From: Escherichia coli | Lineage (GTDB): Bacteria; Pseudomonadota; Gammaproteobacteria; Enterobacterales; Enterobacteriaceae | NCBI RefSeq assembly: GCF_013315695.1 | Contig: NZ_CP054353.1 | Reading direction: 5' to 3' (one strand) | DNA: 64,000 nucleotides | Shown here: piece by piece, positions 54,471 through 64,000 of the stretch | Position numbering within the stretch: the stretch's first letter is position 1 | Layout: every line of letters starts with the position of its first letter | Notes under the pieces: generated by a model | Told to the model about the DNA's origin: nothing | Seen by the model: the letters and a program-made list of their open reading frames with translations, nothing else | Database searches by the model: none | Position numbers and translations under genes: made by a program

Positions 54471-55787
54471 ATGATCAACCCAAGAACCATTGCGCAAGAA
54501 ATCGCCTATGCGGATGTTGCCACTCAGGCGGCAAACTTGCAGGAGAAGCAGAGCGAGCTGGATGCGGAAAGCAGCGGCCTGGACTCGCTCAGCTCAGCGT
54601 TGAGCGATTTTCAGAGCGCCGTTGACGCGCTGAACAGCGATACTGACGGCCCGGTGACGTTTGCCGCCACCAGCAATAATGACTCGGCGACCGTTTCCGC
54701 CAATTCCCAGGCGCAGGCGGGAAGCTACTCATTTTTCGTTGAGCAACTGGCACAGGGGCAGCAAACCACGTTCAGTATGGGCGACGACGCCTTTTCCGCT
54801 ACCGGCACCTTCGAACTGACGATGGGCGGCAGCACCATGGATATCGATCTGTCGGCGGCGGATCAAAACGGTGACGGCGACGGTTTTATCGACGCCAGTG
54901 AACTGGTGAATGCGATTAACGACTCTGATGACAATCCGGGCGTGTCGGCGGCACTGGTAAAAACCGACGGCACCACCACGATTATGCTCACCTCCGATAG
55001 CACCGGGGCGCAGAGCGCATTTTCGGTGAGCGTAACGGGGCATGACGCCAGCAACGACAGCGCCAGCGCGCCTGTTGCTACGGATGTTTCCTCCGCCCAG
55101 GACGCGATTATTCATCTCGGCAGCGCCACGGGGCCAGAGATCACTAATAGCAGCAATACCTTTGATGATGTGATCCCCGGCGTCACCATGACTTTCACCG
55201 AAGTCAGCGATTCTGACAGCGATCTCACTACCTTTAACATCAGCGAAGATTCCAGCGCCAGCCAGGAGAAAGTACAGACCTTTGTCGATGCATATAACAC
55301 CTTGATTGATACGGTTGATTCGCTGACCACCCACGGTGATGACAGTACCAGCGCCGGGGTATTTGCAGGCGACGCCGGACTCAGCTCACTGGCAAACCAG
55401 CTCGATGACATCGCCCATGCCAGCTACAACGGCGTGTCGATTGTCGACTATGGCATTACGCTCGATTCTCACGGCCATTTACAGATTGATTCAGACCAGT
55501 TCAACGACGCGATGAAGAGCGATCCCGACGGCCTGACCTCTATTTTCGTCGGCGATAACAGCATGGTGGCGCAGATGGACAGCCTTATTGACACCTATAC
55601 CGACTCCAGCAACGGCATCATCACCCTGCGCCAGCAGAACATTGACGATCAGATGAGCAAAATTCAGGACGAAGGCGATCAGCTTACCGATACCTATAAC
55701 GCCAACTACGACCGTTATCTGGAGGAGTACACCAACACGCTGGTTGAGGTGTACACCATGAAAGCCAGCATGGCGGCATTCGCGTAA
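54471..55787 (+). CDS. lafB: Flag-2 filament cap protein, FliD homologue
   Basis: 438 aa. Confidence 0.85.
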   Translation: MINPRTIAQEIAYADVATQAANLQEKQSELDAESSGLDSLSSALSDFQSAVDALNSDTDGPVTFAATSNNDSATVSANSQAQAGSYSFFVEQLAQGQQTTFSMGDDAFSATGTFELTMGGSTMDIDLSAADQNGDGDGFIDASELVNAINDSDDNPGVSAALVKTDGTTTIMLTSDSTGAQSAFSVSVTGHDASNDSASAPVATDVSSAQDAIIHLGSATGPEITNSSNTFDDVIPGVTMTFTEVSDSDSDLTTFNISEDSSASQEKVQTFVDAYNTLIDTVDSLTTHGDDSTSAGVFAGDAGLSSLANQLDDIAHASYNGVSIVDYGITLDSHGHLQIDSDQFNDAMKSDPDGLTSIFVGDNSMVAQMDSLIDTYTDSSNGIITLRQQNIDDQMSKIQDEGDQLTDTYNANYDRYLEEYTNTLVEVYTMKASMAAFA

Positions 55788-55809
55788 CTCAGAAGGAATA
55801 TCCCTAAAG

Positions 55810-56202
55810 ATGTACCAAGTACAGGATGGCTATTCGCAATACAAAGAGGTCGATCTCGCGGCGCGTACCGCTGCGGCATCGCCTCTTGAACTGGTGCTGG
55901 TGCTGTTTTCTGGCCTGATGGACGAGCTGGAACGCGCCAGAAGCCACATTGAAGGGCGGCGTTTCGAGAAGAAAGCCCAGAGCATCAATAAATGCATCGA
56001 CATTCTCAATGCGCTCACCAGTTCGCTGGAGTTTGAAACCGGTGGCGAGCTGGTGGTGAATCTTTCTCGCCTCTATGACCACTGCGTGTATCGCTTGTAT
56101 GAAGCCAGTGGCGAACTGTCGGCAGAGAAAATCGATGAAGTGATGCTGATCTTAAGCAACCTGCGTGAAGGCTGGGAAGGGCTTTCGGGCAAGCTGGGTT
56201 AA
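55810..56202 (+). CDS. lafC: Flag-2 flagellin chaperone, FliS homologue
   Basis: 130 aa. Confidence 0.88.
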   Translation: MYQVQDGYSQYKEVDLAARTAAASPLELVLVLFSGLMDELERARSHIEGRRFEKKAQSINKCIDILNALTSSLEFETGGELVVNLSRLYDHCVYRLYEASGELSAEKIDEVMLILSNLREGWEGLSGKLG

Positions 56203-56206
56203 GACG

Positions 56207-56518
56207 ATGGAAAAACAACGCAGGCAACTTTTCGCGCTGGTTGAAGCGATGAACGAAGCCCTCGACAAGCAACGCTGGCGACGCCTTCCGGCACTGCATC
56301 AGCAGTTGATGCGCCAGTTTCACGATTACGTGGCGGCGGAAACCGACGCGGCGCAGTTGTGTGCGGTGAAGGCGCAGCTGTACGGCGCGTTTAATGCCCT
56401 GATTAAACGGCGCGAGCAGCGTGCAGAAGTGTTGAAGGCGCGTATGGAACAGCATCAGCGGCATCAGGAAGGCGTACTGGCCTACTCAATTGTTAATTTA
56501 CTTTCGGAGAAGTCATGA
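56207..56518 (+). CDS. lafD: Flag-2 small helical protein, probable FliT-like chaperone
   Basis: 103 aa from ATG 56207 right after lafC stop; assignment by position after fliS homologue, sequence not diagnostic. Confidence 0.55.
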   Translation: MEKQRRQLFALVEAMNEALDKQRWRRLPALHQQLMRQFHDYVAAETDAAQLCAVKAQLYGAFNALIKRREQRAEVLKARMEQHQRHQEGVLAYSIVNLLSEKS

Positions 56519-57603
56519 ATCCGGCATTGCTTGCCACGCTCGGAACACTTGCGGAAACGGCGTCGCTGAAAGCGGATATTTTACCGCCGGTGAGTAGTGA
56601 AAACGCGCCCGCGTTTACCCTGCCGAAAATGGCGGTCGCGGCGGTGGCGGAGCGCGTTCATAGCGCTAAAACCAGTCAGCATCAGGCGACGCGCCCGCAG
56701 GAGAACGATCCGGTGGCGATGCAGGCGCTAATGGCGCTGTTACTTCCGCAACCTGCCGCGCCGCATCAGGACACGCCGCAGCCGCGAAACGTCGCAACAT
56801 CGCCGGTTATCCAGCAATTGACGAAAGCGGTGGTGCAAAACGCGCCGCAACGCCCGACGCAGCAGCAGGAACTCACGTCGTTGCCGCCGCAGTTGCAGGA
56901 ACTCACGTCGTTGCCGCCGCAGTTGCAGGAACTGATCGGTCAGTTGCCGCAGGCGAAACCCGAACAGCAGGCCAGACTGGCGACTTACGCCAGTGACGAT
57001 TTACATGCCATTGCGCCGACGCAGCCGCGCGTCTCAACACCGCCAGCTCGCCCGAAACCTGAACTACCCCGTGTGAACGCGCGCCCGCAGGTCGAGCGTA
57101 AAACGGAAAAAGTGCCGGACAGCGAACCGGTTATTGCGCGTGCGGTGTTGCAGGTTAAGACGCCGGATCTGGTCAGCGAACATCATGAGATTGTCGCCAA
57201 ACCAGCCACGCTTTCGATGGACGAACTGGGCGAAAAACTGACGACGCTGTTGAAAGATCAGATCCACTTTCAGCTCAACAAACAACAGCAGATCTCCACC
57301 ATCCGTCTCGATCCACCGTCGCTTGGCAAGCTTGAGATCGCCGTACAACTCGATAACGGCAAACTGATGGTGCACATCGGCGCGAACCAAAGTGAAGTTT
57401 GCCGCGCGTTACAACAGTTTAGCGACGATCTCTGCCAGCATTTGACGGCGCAAAATTTTATGGAGGTGAACGTACAGGTTTCCTCCGAAGGGCAGTCGCA
57501 GCAACAACAGTCGGGCCATCAGCAGGAAGAGGTGAGTGCCGCCTTACAGCTTGATGATGCGCCTCAATTTCAACAGAACGAATCCGTTTTGATCAAAGTG
57601 TAA
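56515..57603 (+). CDS. lafE: Flag-2 hook-length control protein, FliK homologue
   Basis: 362 aa; Pro/Gln-rich central region; conserved C-terminal FliK domain; contains in-frame 30-bp tandem repeat. Confidence 0.8.
   Translation: MNPALLATLGTLAETASLKADILPPVSSENAPAFTLPKMAVAAVAERVHSAKTSQHQATRPQENDPVAMQALMALLLPQPAAPHQDTPQPRNVATSPVIQQLTKAVVQNAPQRPTQQQELTSLPPQLQELTSLPPQLQELIGQLPQAKPEQQARLATYASDDLHAIAPTQPRVSTPPARPKPELPRVNARPQVERKTEKVPDSEPVIARAVLQVKTPDLVSEHHEIVAKPATLSMDELGEKLTTLLKDQIHFQLNKQQQISTIRLDPPSLGKLEIAVQLDNGKLMVHIGANQSEVCRALQQFSDDLCQHLTAQNFMEVNVQVSSEGQSQQQQSGHQQEEVSAALQLDDAPQFQQNESVLIKV
56866..56925 (+). repeat. Perfect 30-bp tandem direct repeat (2 full copies plus 8 bp) inside lafE
   Basis: CAGGAACTCACGTCGTTGCCGCCGCAGTTG x2, encoding QELTSLPPQL twice. 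Confidence 0.92.
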
Positions 57604-57610
57604 AGGCAAT

Positions 57611-58078
57611 ATGAAGAAAATCGTGGTGGCGGGCGTGGTCAGCGCCGTTCTGGCGTTGGTGGTGGGGGCCGGAGCTGGATGGGGTGTCTGGCATCATTAT
57701 GCCGGAAAAGGAAAACCGACTGCCGCCGCGCAGACGGAAACGGTGGAAACCCTGGATGAAAGCAAAAGCGTATTTGTGACGTTGCCGGAAACCATTGTCA
57801 CGCTGCATGACAACAACGGCGCGGACCATTATTTGTCGGCGGAATTAGTGATGGTGGTCGCCAGTGACAAAGAAGCGGAAAAAATAAAACATCAGGAGCC
57901 GCTGTATCAAAGTATTGCAGTTGAATGCCTGACGGAAATGAAATTTGAAGATTTGCGTGGCATGAAAATATCCGCCATCCGCAAACTGATTTCGGATGCG
58001 TTAAAGAAAGATCTTCAACGTCGCAAAATGAGCGCACCGTATAAGGATTTGCTGGTGAAAAAAGTGGTCTTCCAGTAA
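57611..58078 (+). CDS. lafF: Flag-2 FliL-like basal-body-associated protein
   Basis: 155 aa; N-terminal TM helix then FliL-like periplasmic domain. Confidence 0.78.
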   Translation: MKKIVVAGVVSAVLALVVGAGAGWGVWHHYAGKGKPTAAAQTETVETLDESKSVFVTLPETIVTLHDNNGADHYLSAELVMVVASDKEAEKIKHQEPLYQSIAVECLTEMKFEDLRGMKISAIRKLISDALKKDLQRRKMSAPYKDLLVKKVVFQ

Positions 58079-58097
58079 TCACCAGGCGGATATAAAC

Positions 58098-58817
58098 ATG
58101 CTACAGGACGTATTATTCGAGTCAGAAGAATTTGCTGCCGCGCCGGTATTAACCCCGCAGCAGGAGAGCCACTACTTGCAGGCCTATTTACCTCTGGTGC
58201 GTAAAGTGGTGCGGCAACTTGCCCCGCAGTGTAATTGCATTATTGATCGTCAGGATATGGAACAAACGGCGTTAATGGGGCTGTTGAACGCCATTCGTCG
58301 CTATGGGCTGCCGGACGAAGGTTTTGCGGGCTATGCCGTGCACCGGATTCGCGGCGCGATCCTTGATGAGCTGCGCGCTCTCGACTGGCGACCGCGCCAG
58401 CTGCGACAGAAATATCATCAGATGAAAGACCTGATTCGCGAAACGCGTAAAAAACTGGGGCACGAACCGGAGTGGCAGGAGCTGGCTGAGGAAGGGATCT
58501 CGCATGAAGATTATCTCGAATATCAGCAACTGGAAGGGGCGGAAACGCTCGCCAGCCTGGACGAACTGCTGAACGGCGAAGGGCCAGGCATTCCGCTTGC
58601 TGGCAGAGACCTGGAAGATCAGTTTGTCACCCAGCAAATGCTGCAACACGCGCTTTCACAATTAAGCGAAAAAGAGCAACTGATCCTCTCCATGTATTAC
58701 CAGCATGAGATGAATCTCAAAGAGATTGCGCTGGTATTAGGGCTAACCGAGGCCCGAATTTGTCAACTGAATAAACAGATCGCGCAGAAAATTCGTGATT
58801 TTGTCTATCCGAATTAA
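58098..58817 (+). CDS. lafS: Flag-2 sigma-28-type alternative sigma factor, FliA homologue
   Basis: 239 aa; sigma-70 family regions 2 and 4. Confidence 0.9.
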   Translation: MLQDVLFESEEFAAAPVLTPQQESHYLQAYLPLVRKVVRQLAPQCNCIIDRQDMEQTALMGLLNAIRRYGLPDEGFAGYAVHRIRGAILDELRALDWRPRQLRQKYHQMKDLIRETRKKLGHEPEWQELAEEGISHEDYLEYQQLEGAETLASLDELLNGEGPGIPLAGRDLEDQFVTQQMLQHALSQLSEKEQLILSMYYQHEMNLKEIALVLGLTEARICQLNKQIAQKIRDFVYPN

Positions 58818-58829
58818 AGTGAAGAAATC

Positions 58830-59693
58830 ATGCAAAAAATATTAGGTTTACTGGTGGTGCTCGGCTGCGTATTTGGCGGTTATTTTGAAGCGGGCGGCCA
58901 ATTAGTGGCTATCTGGCAGCCTGCAGAGATAGTTATTATTTTAGGTGCTGGTTTCGGGGCGATGATTATTGGGAACCCGAAACATGTGCTGAAAGAGATT
59001 GCCCATCAAATTAAAGGCGTGATCAGTAAAAAACAGCTCGGGCCGGAGTTTCAGCGCCAGCTATTAATGTGCCTGTATGAGTTGCTTGAAATGGTACAAA
59101 ACGGCGGTCTGCGGATGTTGGATCAGCATATTGAGCAGCCGGAAGAGAGTACCGTTTTCCAGAAATACCCGCTGGTGTTAACCCAGAAGCGGCTGGTGAC
59201 TTTTATTGCCGATAACTTTCGCCTGATGGCGATGGGTAAAATCGACGCCCATGAACTGGAAGGCATTCTCGATCAGGAGCTGGATACCGCCGAAGAGTCG
59301 CTGCTAACGCCGTCACGCTCGCTGCAACGGACCGCCGAAGCGATGCCGGGATTTGGTATTTGTGCAGCAGTGTTGGGCATCATCATTACCATGCAGTCGA
59401 TTGACGGCTCTATCGCCCTGATCGGCCTGAAAGTGGCGGCAGCGCTGGTGGGGACGTTTTTAGGCGTGTTTATCTGCTACTGCCTGATGGATCCGCTTGC
59501 CAACGCCATGGAACAACAGGCGCGGGCGGAACATTCGCTGCTGGAGTGTGTGCGTACCGTGCTGGTGGCCCAGGCGGGCGGCAAACCGACGCTGTTGGCG
59601 GTGGACGCCGGGCGTAAGTTGCTGCATCTGGCGTCCAAACCGACCTTCGCCAACCTCGACGCGTGGGTGAATGCGATGCTGGAGCAAGAATAA
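58830..59693 (+). CDS. lafT: Flag-2 stator protein, MotA homologue
   Basis: 287 aa, four TM segments. Confidence 0.9.
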   Translation: MQKILGLLVVLGCVFGGYFEAGGQLVAIWQPAEIVIILGAGFGAMIIGNPKHVLKEIAHQIKGVISKKQLGPEFQRQLLMCLYELLEMVQNGGLRMLDQHIEQPEESTVFQKYPLVLTQKRLVTFIADNFRLMAMGKIDAHELEGILDQELDTAEESLLTPSRSLQRTAEAMPGFGICAAVLGIIITMQSIDGSIALIGLKVAAALVGTFLGVFICYCLMDPLANAMEQQARAEHSLLECVRTVLVAQAGGKPTLLAVDAGRKLLHLASKPTFANLDAWVNAMLEQE

Positions 59694-59695
59694 GC

Positions 59696-60619
59696 ATGAG
59701 AAAGACGGGCAACCGCCGCGAGCGTGGGGCAAAAACCACCATCGTCCGGCGGCAGATCAAAAAGAATCATGCCGGGCATCATGGCGGGGCGTGGAAGGTG
59801 GCGTTCGCCGACTTTACCCTGGCGATGATGGCGCTATTTATGACGCTGTGGATTGTCAACAGCGTCAGTAAATCCGAGCGTGAAAGCATTATCGCCGCGC
59901 TGCACGGGCAGTCGATTTTTAATGGTGGAGGGCTGTCGCCGTTAAATAAAATCAGCCCGTCTCATCCGCCAAAACCTGCCACCGTGGCGGTGCCGGAAGA
60001 GACGGAGAAAAAAGCGCGTGACGTCAATGAGAAAACGGCGCTGCTGAAGAAGAAATCCGCTACTGAGCTTGGCGAGCTGGCGACCAGTATCAACACTATT
60101 GCCCGTGATGCACATATGGAAGCGAATCTGGAGATGGAGATTGTTCCCCAGGGACTGCGCGTGCTGATTAAAGATGACCAGAACCGCAATATGTTTGAAC
60201 GCGGCAGCGCACAGATTATGCCGTTCTTTAAAACTTTGCTGGTGGAGTTAGCGCCGGTTTTTGATTCGCTCGACAATAAGATCATCATCACCGGGCATAC
60301 CGATGCGATGGCCTACAAAAACAATATCTACAACAACTGGAACCTTTCGGGTGACCGCGCGCTTTCGGCTCGTCGGGTGCTGGAAGAGGCAGGAATGCCG
60401 GAAGATAAAGTGATGCAGGTGAGCGCAATGGCGGACCAGATGCTGCTGGATGCCAAAAATCCGCAAAGCGCGGGCAACCGGCGCATTGAGATTATGGTGC
60501 TGACTAAAAGCGCGTCCGATACGCTGTATCAATACTTTGGTCAGCATGGGGATAAAGTGGTGCAGCCGCTGGTGCAAAAGCTGGATAAGCAGCAGGTACT
60601 TTCACAGCGAACGCGCTAG
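59696..60619 (+). CDS. lafU: Flag-2 stator protein, MotB homologue (full length)
   Basis: ATG 59696 (MRKTGNRRERG...); single TM helix; C-terminal OmpA-like peptidoglycan-binding domain. Confidence 0.88.
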   Translation: MRKTGNRRERGAKTTIVRRQIKKNHAGHHGGAWKVAFADFTLAMMALFMTLWIVNSVSKSERESIIAALHGQSIFNGGGLSPLNKISPSHPPKPATVAVPEETEKKARDVNEKTALLKKKSATELGELATSINTIARDAHMEANLEMEIVPQGLRVLIKDDQNRNMFERGSAQIMPFFKTLLVELAPVFDSLDNKIIITGHTDAMAYKNNIYNNWNLSGDRALSARRVLEEAGMPEDKVMQVSAMADQMLLDAKNPQSAGNRRIEIMVLTKSASDTLYQYFGQHGDKVVQPLVQKLDKQQVLSQRTR

Positions 60620-60655
60620 ATGCTGAATCTTTACGCATTTCTCAAACCCTGAAAT

Positions 60656-60675
60656 CACTGTATACTTTACCAGTG
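60656..60675 (+). promoter_or_regulatory. LexA box (SOS operator) of dinB
   Basis: CACTGTATACTTTACCAGTG, CTG-N10-CAG palindrome 15 nt upstream of dinB ATG. Confidence 0.8.
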
Positions 60676-60689
60676 TTGAGAGGTGAGCA

Positions 60690-61745
60690 ATGCGTAAAAT
60701 CATTCATGTGGATATGGACTGCTTTTTCGCAGCGGTGGAGATGCGCGACAATCCCGCTCTGCGCGATATCCCTATTGCTATTGGCGGCAGCCGCGAACGT
60801 CGGGGGGTGATCAGCACCGCCAATTATCCCGCGCGTAAATTTGGCGTACGCAGCGCTATGCCGACAGGGATGGCGCTCAAATTATGCCCACATCTCACCT
60901 TGCTTCCGGGGCGCTTTGACGCCTACAAAGAAGCCTCAAATCATATCCGAGAAATTTTCTCGCGCTATACCTCGCGCATTGAACCGTTATCACTGGATGA
61001 AGCCTATCTCGACGTCACCGATAGTGTGCATTGCCACGGTTCTGCGACCCTCATCGCCAAGGAAATCCGTCAGACGATCTTTAACGAGCTGCAACTGACG
61101 GCATCTGCGGGCGTTGCGCCGGTAAAGTTTCTCGCCAAAATTGCTTCCGACATGAATAAACCCAACGGTCAGTTTGTGATTACGCCGGCAGAAGTTCCGG
61201 CATTTCTGCAAACCTTACCGCTGGCAAAAATTCCCGGCGTCGGCAAAGTCTCGGCGGCAAAACTGGAAGCGATGGGGCTACGGACCTGCGGCGATGTACA
61301 AAAGTGTGATCTGGTGACTCTGCTCAAACGTTTTGGCAAATTTGGACGCATTTTGTGGGAGCGTAGTCAGGGCATTGACGAGCGCGACGTTAACAGCGAG
61401 CGGTTGCGAAAATCCGTCGGCGTGGAACGCACGATGGCGGAAGATATTCATCACTGGTCTGAATGTGAAGCGATTATCGAGCGGCTGTATCCTGAACTTG
61501 AACGCCGTCTGGCAAAGGTAAAACCTGATTTACTGATTGCTCGCCAGGGGGTGAAATTAAAGTTTGATGATTTTCAGCAAACCACTCAGGAGCACGTCTG
61601 GCCGCGGCTGAATAAAGCTGACTTAATCGCCACCGCGCGTAAAACCTGGAATGAACGCCGTGGCGGGCGCGGTGTGCGTCTGGTGGGGCTGCATGTGACG
61701 TTGCTTGACCCTCAAATGGAAAGACAACTGGTGCTGGGATTATGA
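60690..61745 (+). CDS. dinB: DNA polymerase IV (Y-family translesion polymerase)
   Basis: 351 aa [33 protein letters not shown]... Confidence 0.95.
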   Translation: MRKIIHVDMDCFFAAVEMRDNPALRDIPIAIGGSRERRGVISTANYPARKFGVRSAMPTGMALKLCPHLTLLPGRFDAYKEASNHIREIFSRYTSRIEPLSLDEAYLDVTDSVHCHGSATLIAKEIRQTIFNELQLTASAGVAPVKFLAKIASDMNKPNGQFVITPAEVPAFLQTLPLAKIPGVGKVSAAKLEAMGLRTCGDVQKCDLVTLLKRFGKFGRILWERSQGIDERDVNSERLRKSVGVERTMAEDIHHWSECEAIIERLYPELERRLAKVKPDLLIARQGVKLKFDDFQQTTQEHVWPRLNKADLIATARKTWNERRGGRGVRLVGLHVTLLDPQMERQLVLGL

Positions 61746-61796
61746 TGTATACTATTATGTATATTCTGATGTGCATTATTATGAGGGGATCACTGT

Positions 61797-62090
61797 ATGC
61801 ATCGAATTCTCGCTGAAAAATCGGTCAATATCACTGAGTTACGTAAAAACCCAGCTAAATACTTTATTGATCAACCGGTTGCGGTTCTTTCTAATAATCG
61901 CCCCGCAGGATATCTCTTAAGTGCCAGCGCATTTGAAGCGTTAATGGACATGCTTGCTGAACAAGAGGAGAAAAAACTGGTTAAGGCGCGCTTCCGTCCG
62001 AGTGCCGCAAGATTAGAGGAAATTACACGCCGCGCTGAACAATATCTTAATGATATGACGGATGATGATTTCAATGACTTTAAGGAATAA
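61797..62090 (+). CDS. yafN: Antitoxin YafN
   Basis: 97 aa. Confidence 0.9.
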   Translation: MHRILAEKSVNITELRKNPAKYFIDQPVAVLSNNRPAGYLLSASAFEALMDMLAEQEEKKLVKARFRPSAARLEEITRRAEQYLNDMTDDDFNDFKE

Positions 62091-62092
62091 GG

Positions 62093-62491
62093 ATGCGGGT
62101 ATTCAAAACAAAACTTATTCGCCTGCAACTTACAGCAGAGGAACTTGATGCGTTAACGGCGGATTTTATTTCCTATAAGCGTGACGGTGTTTTGCCAGAT
62201 ATATTTGGTCGCGATGCACTCTACGACGACTCGTTTACCTGGCCATTAATCAAATTTGAGCGAGTTGCTCATATTCATCTGGCAAATGTGAATAATCCAT
62301 TTCCGCCACAGTTGCGCCAATTCAGCAGAACGAATGACGAAGCGCATTTGGTATATTGTCAGGGTGCGTTTGATGAGCAAGCATGGTTGCTCATTGCCAT
62401 TCTGAAACCTGAACCTCATAAACTGGCTCGAGATAACAACCAAATGCATAAAATTGGGAAAATGGCAGAAGCGTTTCGCATGCGTTTTTGA
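62093..62491 (+). CDS. yafO: Toxin YafO (ribosome-dependent mRNA interferase)
   Basis: 132 aa. Confidence 0.9.
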   Translation: MRVFKTKLIRLQLTAEELDALTADFISYKRDGVLPDIFGRDALYDDSFTWPLIKFERVAHIHLANVNNPFPPQLRQFSRTNDEAHLVYCQGAFDEQAWLLIAILKPEPHKLARDNNQMHKIGKMAEAFRMRF

Positions 62492-62500
62492 ATTTATATT

Positions 62501-62953
62501 ATGAATAACATACAAATAAGAAACTATCAGCCTGGCGATTTTCAGCAACTATGCGCTATTTTCATTAGAGCGGTTACGATGACCGCCAGTCAGCATTATT
62601 CACCACAACAAATTGCCGCCTGGGCGCAGATTGACGAATCTCGCTGGAAGGAGAAACTCGCGAAATCACAAGTGCGGATTGCAGTCATTAATGCAAAACT
62701 GGTCGGCTTTATTACCTGCGTTGAACACTATATCGATATGTTATTTGTTGACCCTGAGTACACCCGCCGTGGGGTTGCCAGCGCTTTGTTAAAACCTTTG
62801 ATTAAGTCTGAATCCGAACTTACTGTGGACGCCAGCATAACCGCAAAACCCTTTTTTGAACGTTATGGTTTTCAGACAGTTAAGCAGCAGCGCGTTGAAT
62901 GCCGGGGAGCGTGGTTTACTAATTTTTATATGCGATATAAACCGCAACATTAA
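62501..62953 (+). CDS. yafP: GNAT-family N-acetyltransferase
   Basis: 150 aa. Confidence 0.88.
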   Translation: MNNIQIRNYQPGDFQQLCAIFIRAVTMTASQHYSPQQIAAWAQIDESRWKEKLAKSQVRIAVINAKLVGFITCVEHYIDMLFVDPEYTRRGVASALLKPLIKSESELTVDASITAKPFFERYGFQTVKQQRVECRGAWFTNFYMRYKPQH

Positions 62954-63143
62954 ATCCAGCTTGCAAAGAAAATAACGCCCGCCTAGTATGTGCGCGTTTT
63001 CTTATTCCACAAACTGCAAGGAGGTAAATCATGACAAATCCTTTATCAATGACTCTTTCCAGACCTTTCCAGGATTAATTCTTTTTTTCTTGCCCTGGAT
63101 TCGTCTGCCATTTCCTGATTTTTATTCATAAATGGAATGGTAC

Positions 63144-64000
63144 ATGGGCAAATATATTCGTCCCTTATCTGATGCGGTACTTACCATCGCATCTGATGAC
63201 CTGTGGATCGAGAGTTCAGCGATCCAACAATTACACACCACGGCAAATTTACCCGACATGCAACGCGTAGTAGGGATGCCAGATTTACACCCCGGACGCG
63301 GCTATCCGATTGGCGCAGCGTTCTTCTCCGTAGGCCGTTTTTACCCGGCACTGGTCGGCAATGATATCGGCTGCGGTATGGCGCTATGGCAAACAGATAT
63401 TTTCGCGCGCAAATACAACGCCGATAAGTTTGAAAAGCGATTATCTGCGCTGGATGACGTTGCTGAAGAAAGCTGGCTGGAGGAAAACCTGCCGTCAGCG
63501 TTAGCACAGCATCCGTGGCGCAGCTCGCTGGGTTCCATCGGTGGCGGAAACCACTTCGCAGAACTGCAACAAGTTGATCAAATTATCGACGCTGAACTGT
63601 TTGCACTGACAGGTCTGGATGCGCAGCATCTGCAACTGCTGGTTCATAGCGGCTCGCGGGGTTTGGGCCAGTCTATTTTACAGCGGCATATTGCCTCGTT
63701 TTCGCATCATGGTTTGCCTGAAGGCAGTGACGACGCGCTAAGTTATATTGTGGAACATGATGATGCGCTGGCGTTTGCGCGTATTAATCGCCAGATGATC
63801 GCTTTGCGCATAATGCAACAGGTTAAGGCCACCGGAAGTCCTGTTCTGGATGTGGCGCATAACTTTGTTAGCGCCTGTCAAATCGGCGATCAACAGGGCT
63901 GGTTGCATCGTAAAGGTGCCACGCCGGATGACAACGGTCTGGTGATTATTCCCGGTTCACGCGGTGATTACTCCTGGCTGGTTAAACCTGTTGCGAACGA
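63144..64000 (+). CDS. RtcB-family RNA ligase-like protein, 5' portion (continues past window end; not in ORF track because no stop is reached)
   Basis: Manual translation from ATG 63144 is open to the window end: MGKYIRPLSDAVL...VGMPDLHPGRGYPIGAAF...GNDIGCGM...GGGNHFAEL...HSGSRGLG; an in-frame ATG also exists at 63132. Confidence 0.8.
   Translation, partial: MGKYIRPLSDAVLTIASDDLWIESSAIQQLHTTANLPDMQRVVGMPDLHPGRGYPIGAAFFSVGRFYPALVGNDIGCGMALWQTDIFARKYNADKFEKRLSALDDVAEESWLEENLPSALAQHPWRSSLGSIGGGNHFAELQQVDQIIDAELFALTGLDAQHLQLLVHSGSRGLGQSILQRHIASFSHHGLPEGSDDALSYIVEHDDALAFARINRQMIALRIMQQVKATGSPVLDVAHNFVSACQIGDQQGWLHRKGATPDDNGLVIIPGSRGDYSWLVKPVAN

Overview
Escherichia coli chromosomal segment: the 3' part of an rRNA operon (rrnH-like: 16S 3' end, tRNA-Ile, tRNA-Ala, 23S, 5S, tRNA-Asp), then the conserved dkgB-yafC-yafD-yafE-mltD-gloB-yafS-rnhA-dnaQ-aspV-yafV-ivy-fadE-gmhA-yafJ-yafK-yafQ/dinJ-yafL-rayT backbone, then a complete, apparently intact ~38 kb Flag-2 lateral flagellar locus (22434..60619), then dinB-yafN-yafO-yafP and the start of an rtcB-like gene. 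Flag-2 itself is a described locus (only lfhA'/lafU' remnants remain in K-12); the less-expected content is inside it. Between the lfiEFGHIJ export/C-ring operon and the lfgNMA operon sits a teichoic-acid-like module: a TagD-like glycerol-3-phosphate cytidylyltransferase translationally coupled to lfiJ, a convergent ~820 aa enzyme with GT2, GT25 and TagF-like domains, and an orphan hypothetical protein. This points to glycerol-phosphate/glycan modification of a lateral flagellar component. Also found: two sigma-54 promoters with identical cores; three candidate LafS (sigma-28-like) promoters upstream of lafA, lfgMN and lfgKL; a minimal LafK activator with no N-terminal regulatory domain; a perfect 30-bp in-frame tandem repeat in the FliK-like lafE; an IS1 insertion with 9-bp target duplication disrupting dkgB; dense REP/BIME elements; two LexA boxes and two toxin-antitoxin pairs. 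All calls are from reading the sequence and the ORF track; no database search or computation was run. Names follow K-12 and Flag-2 nomenclature from memory.
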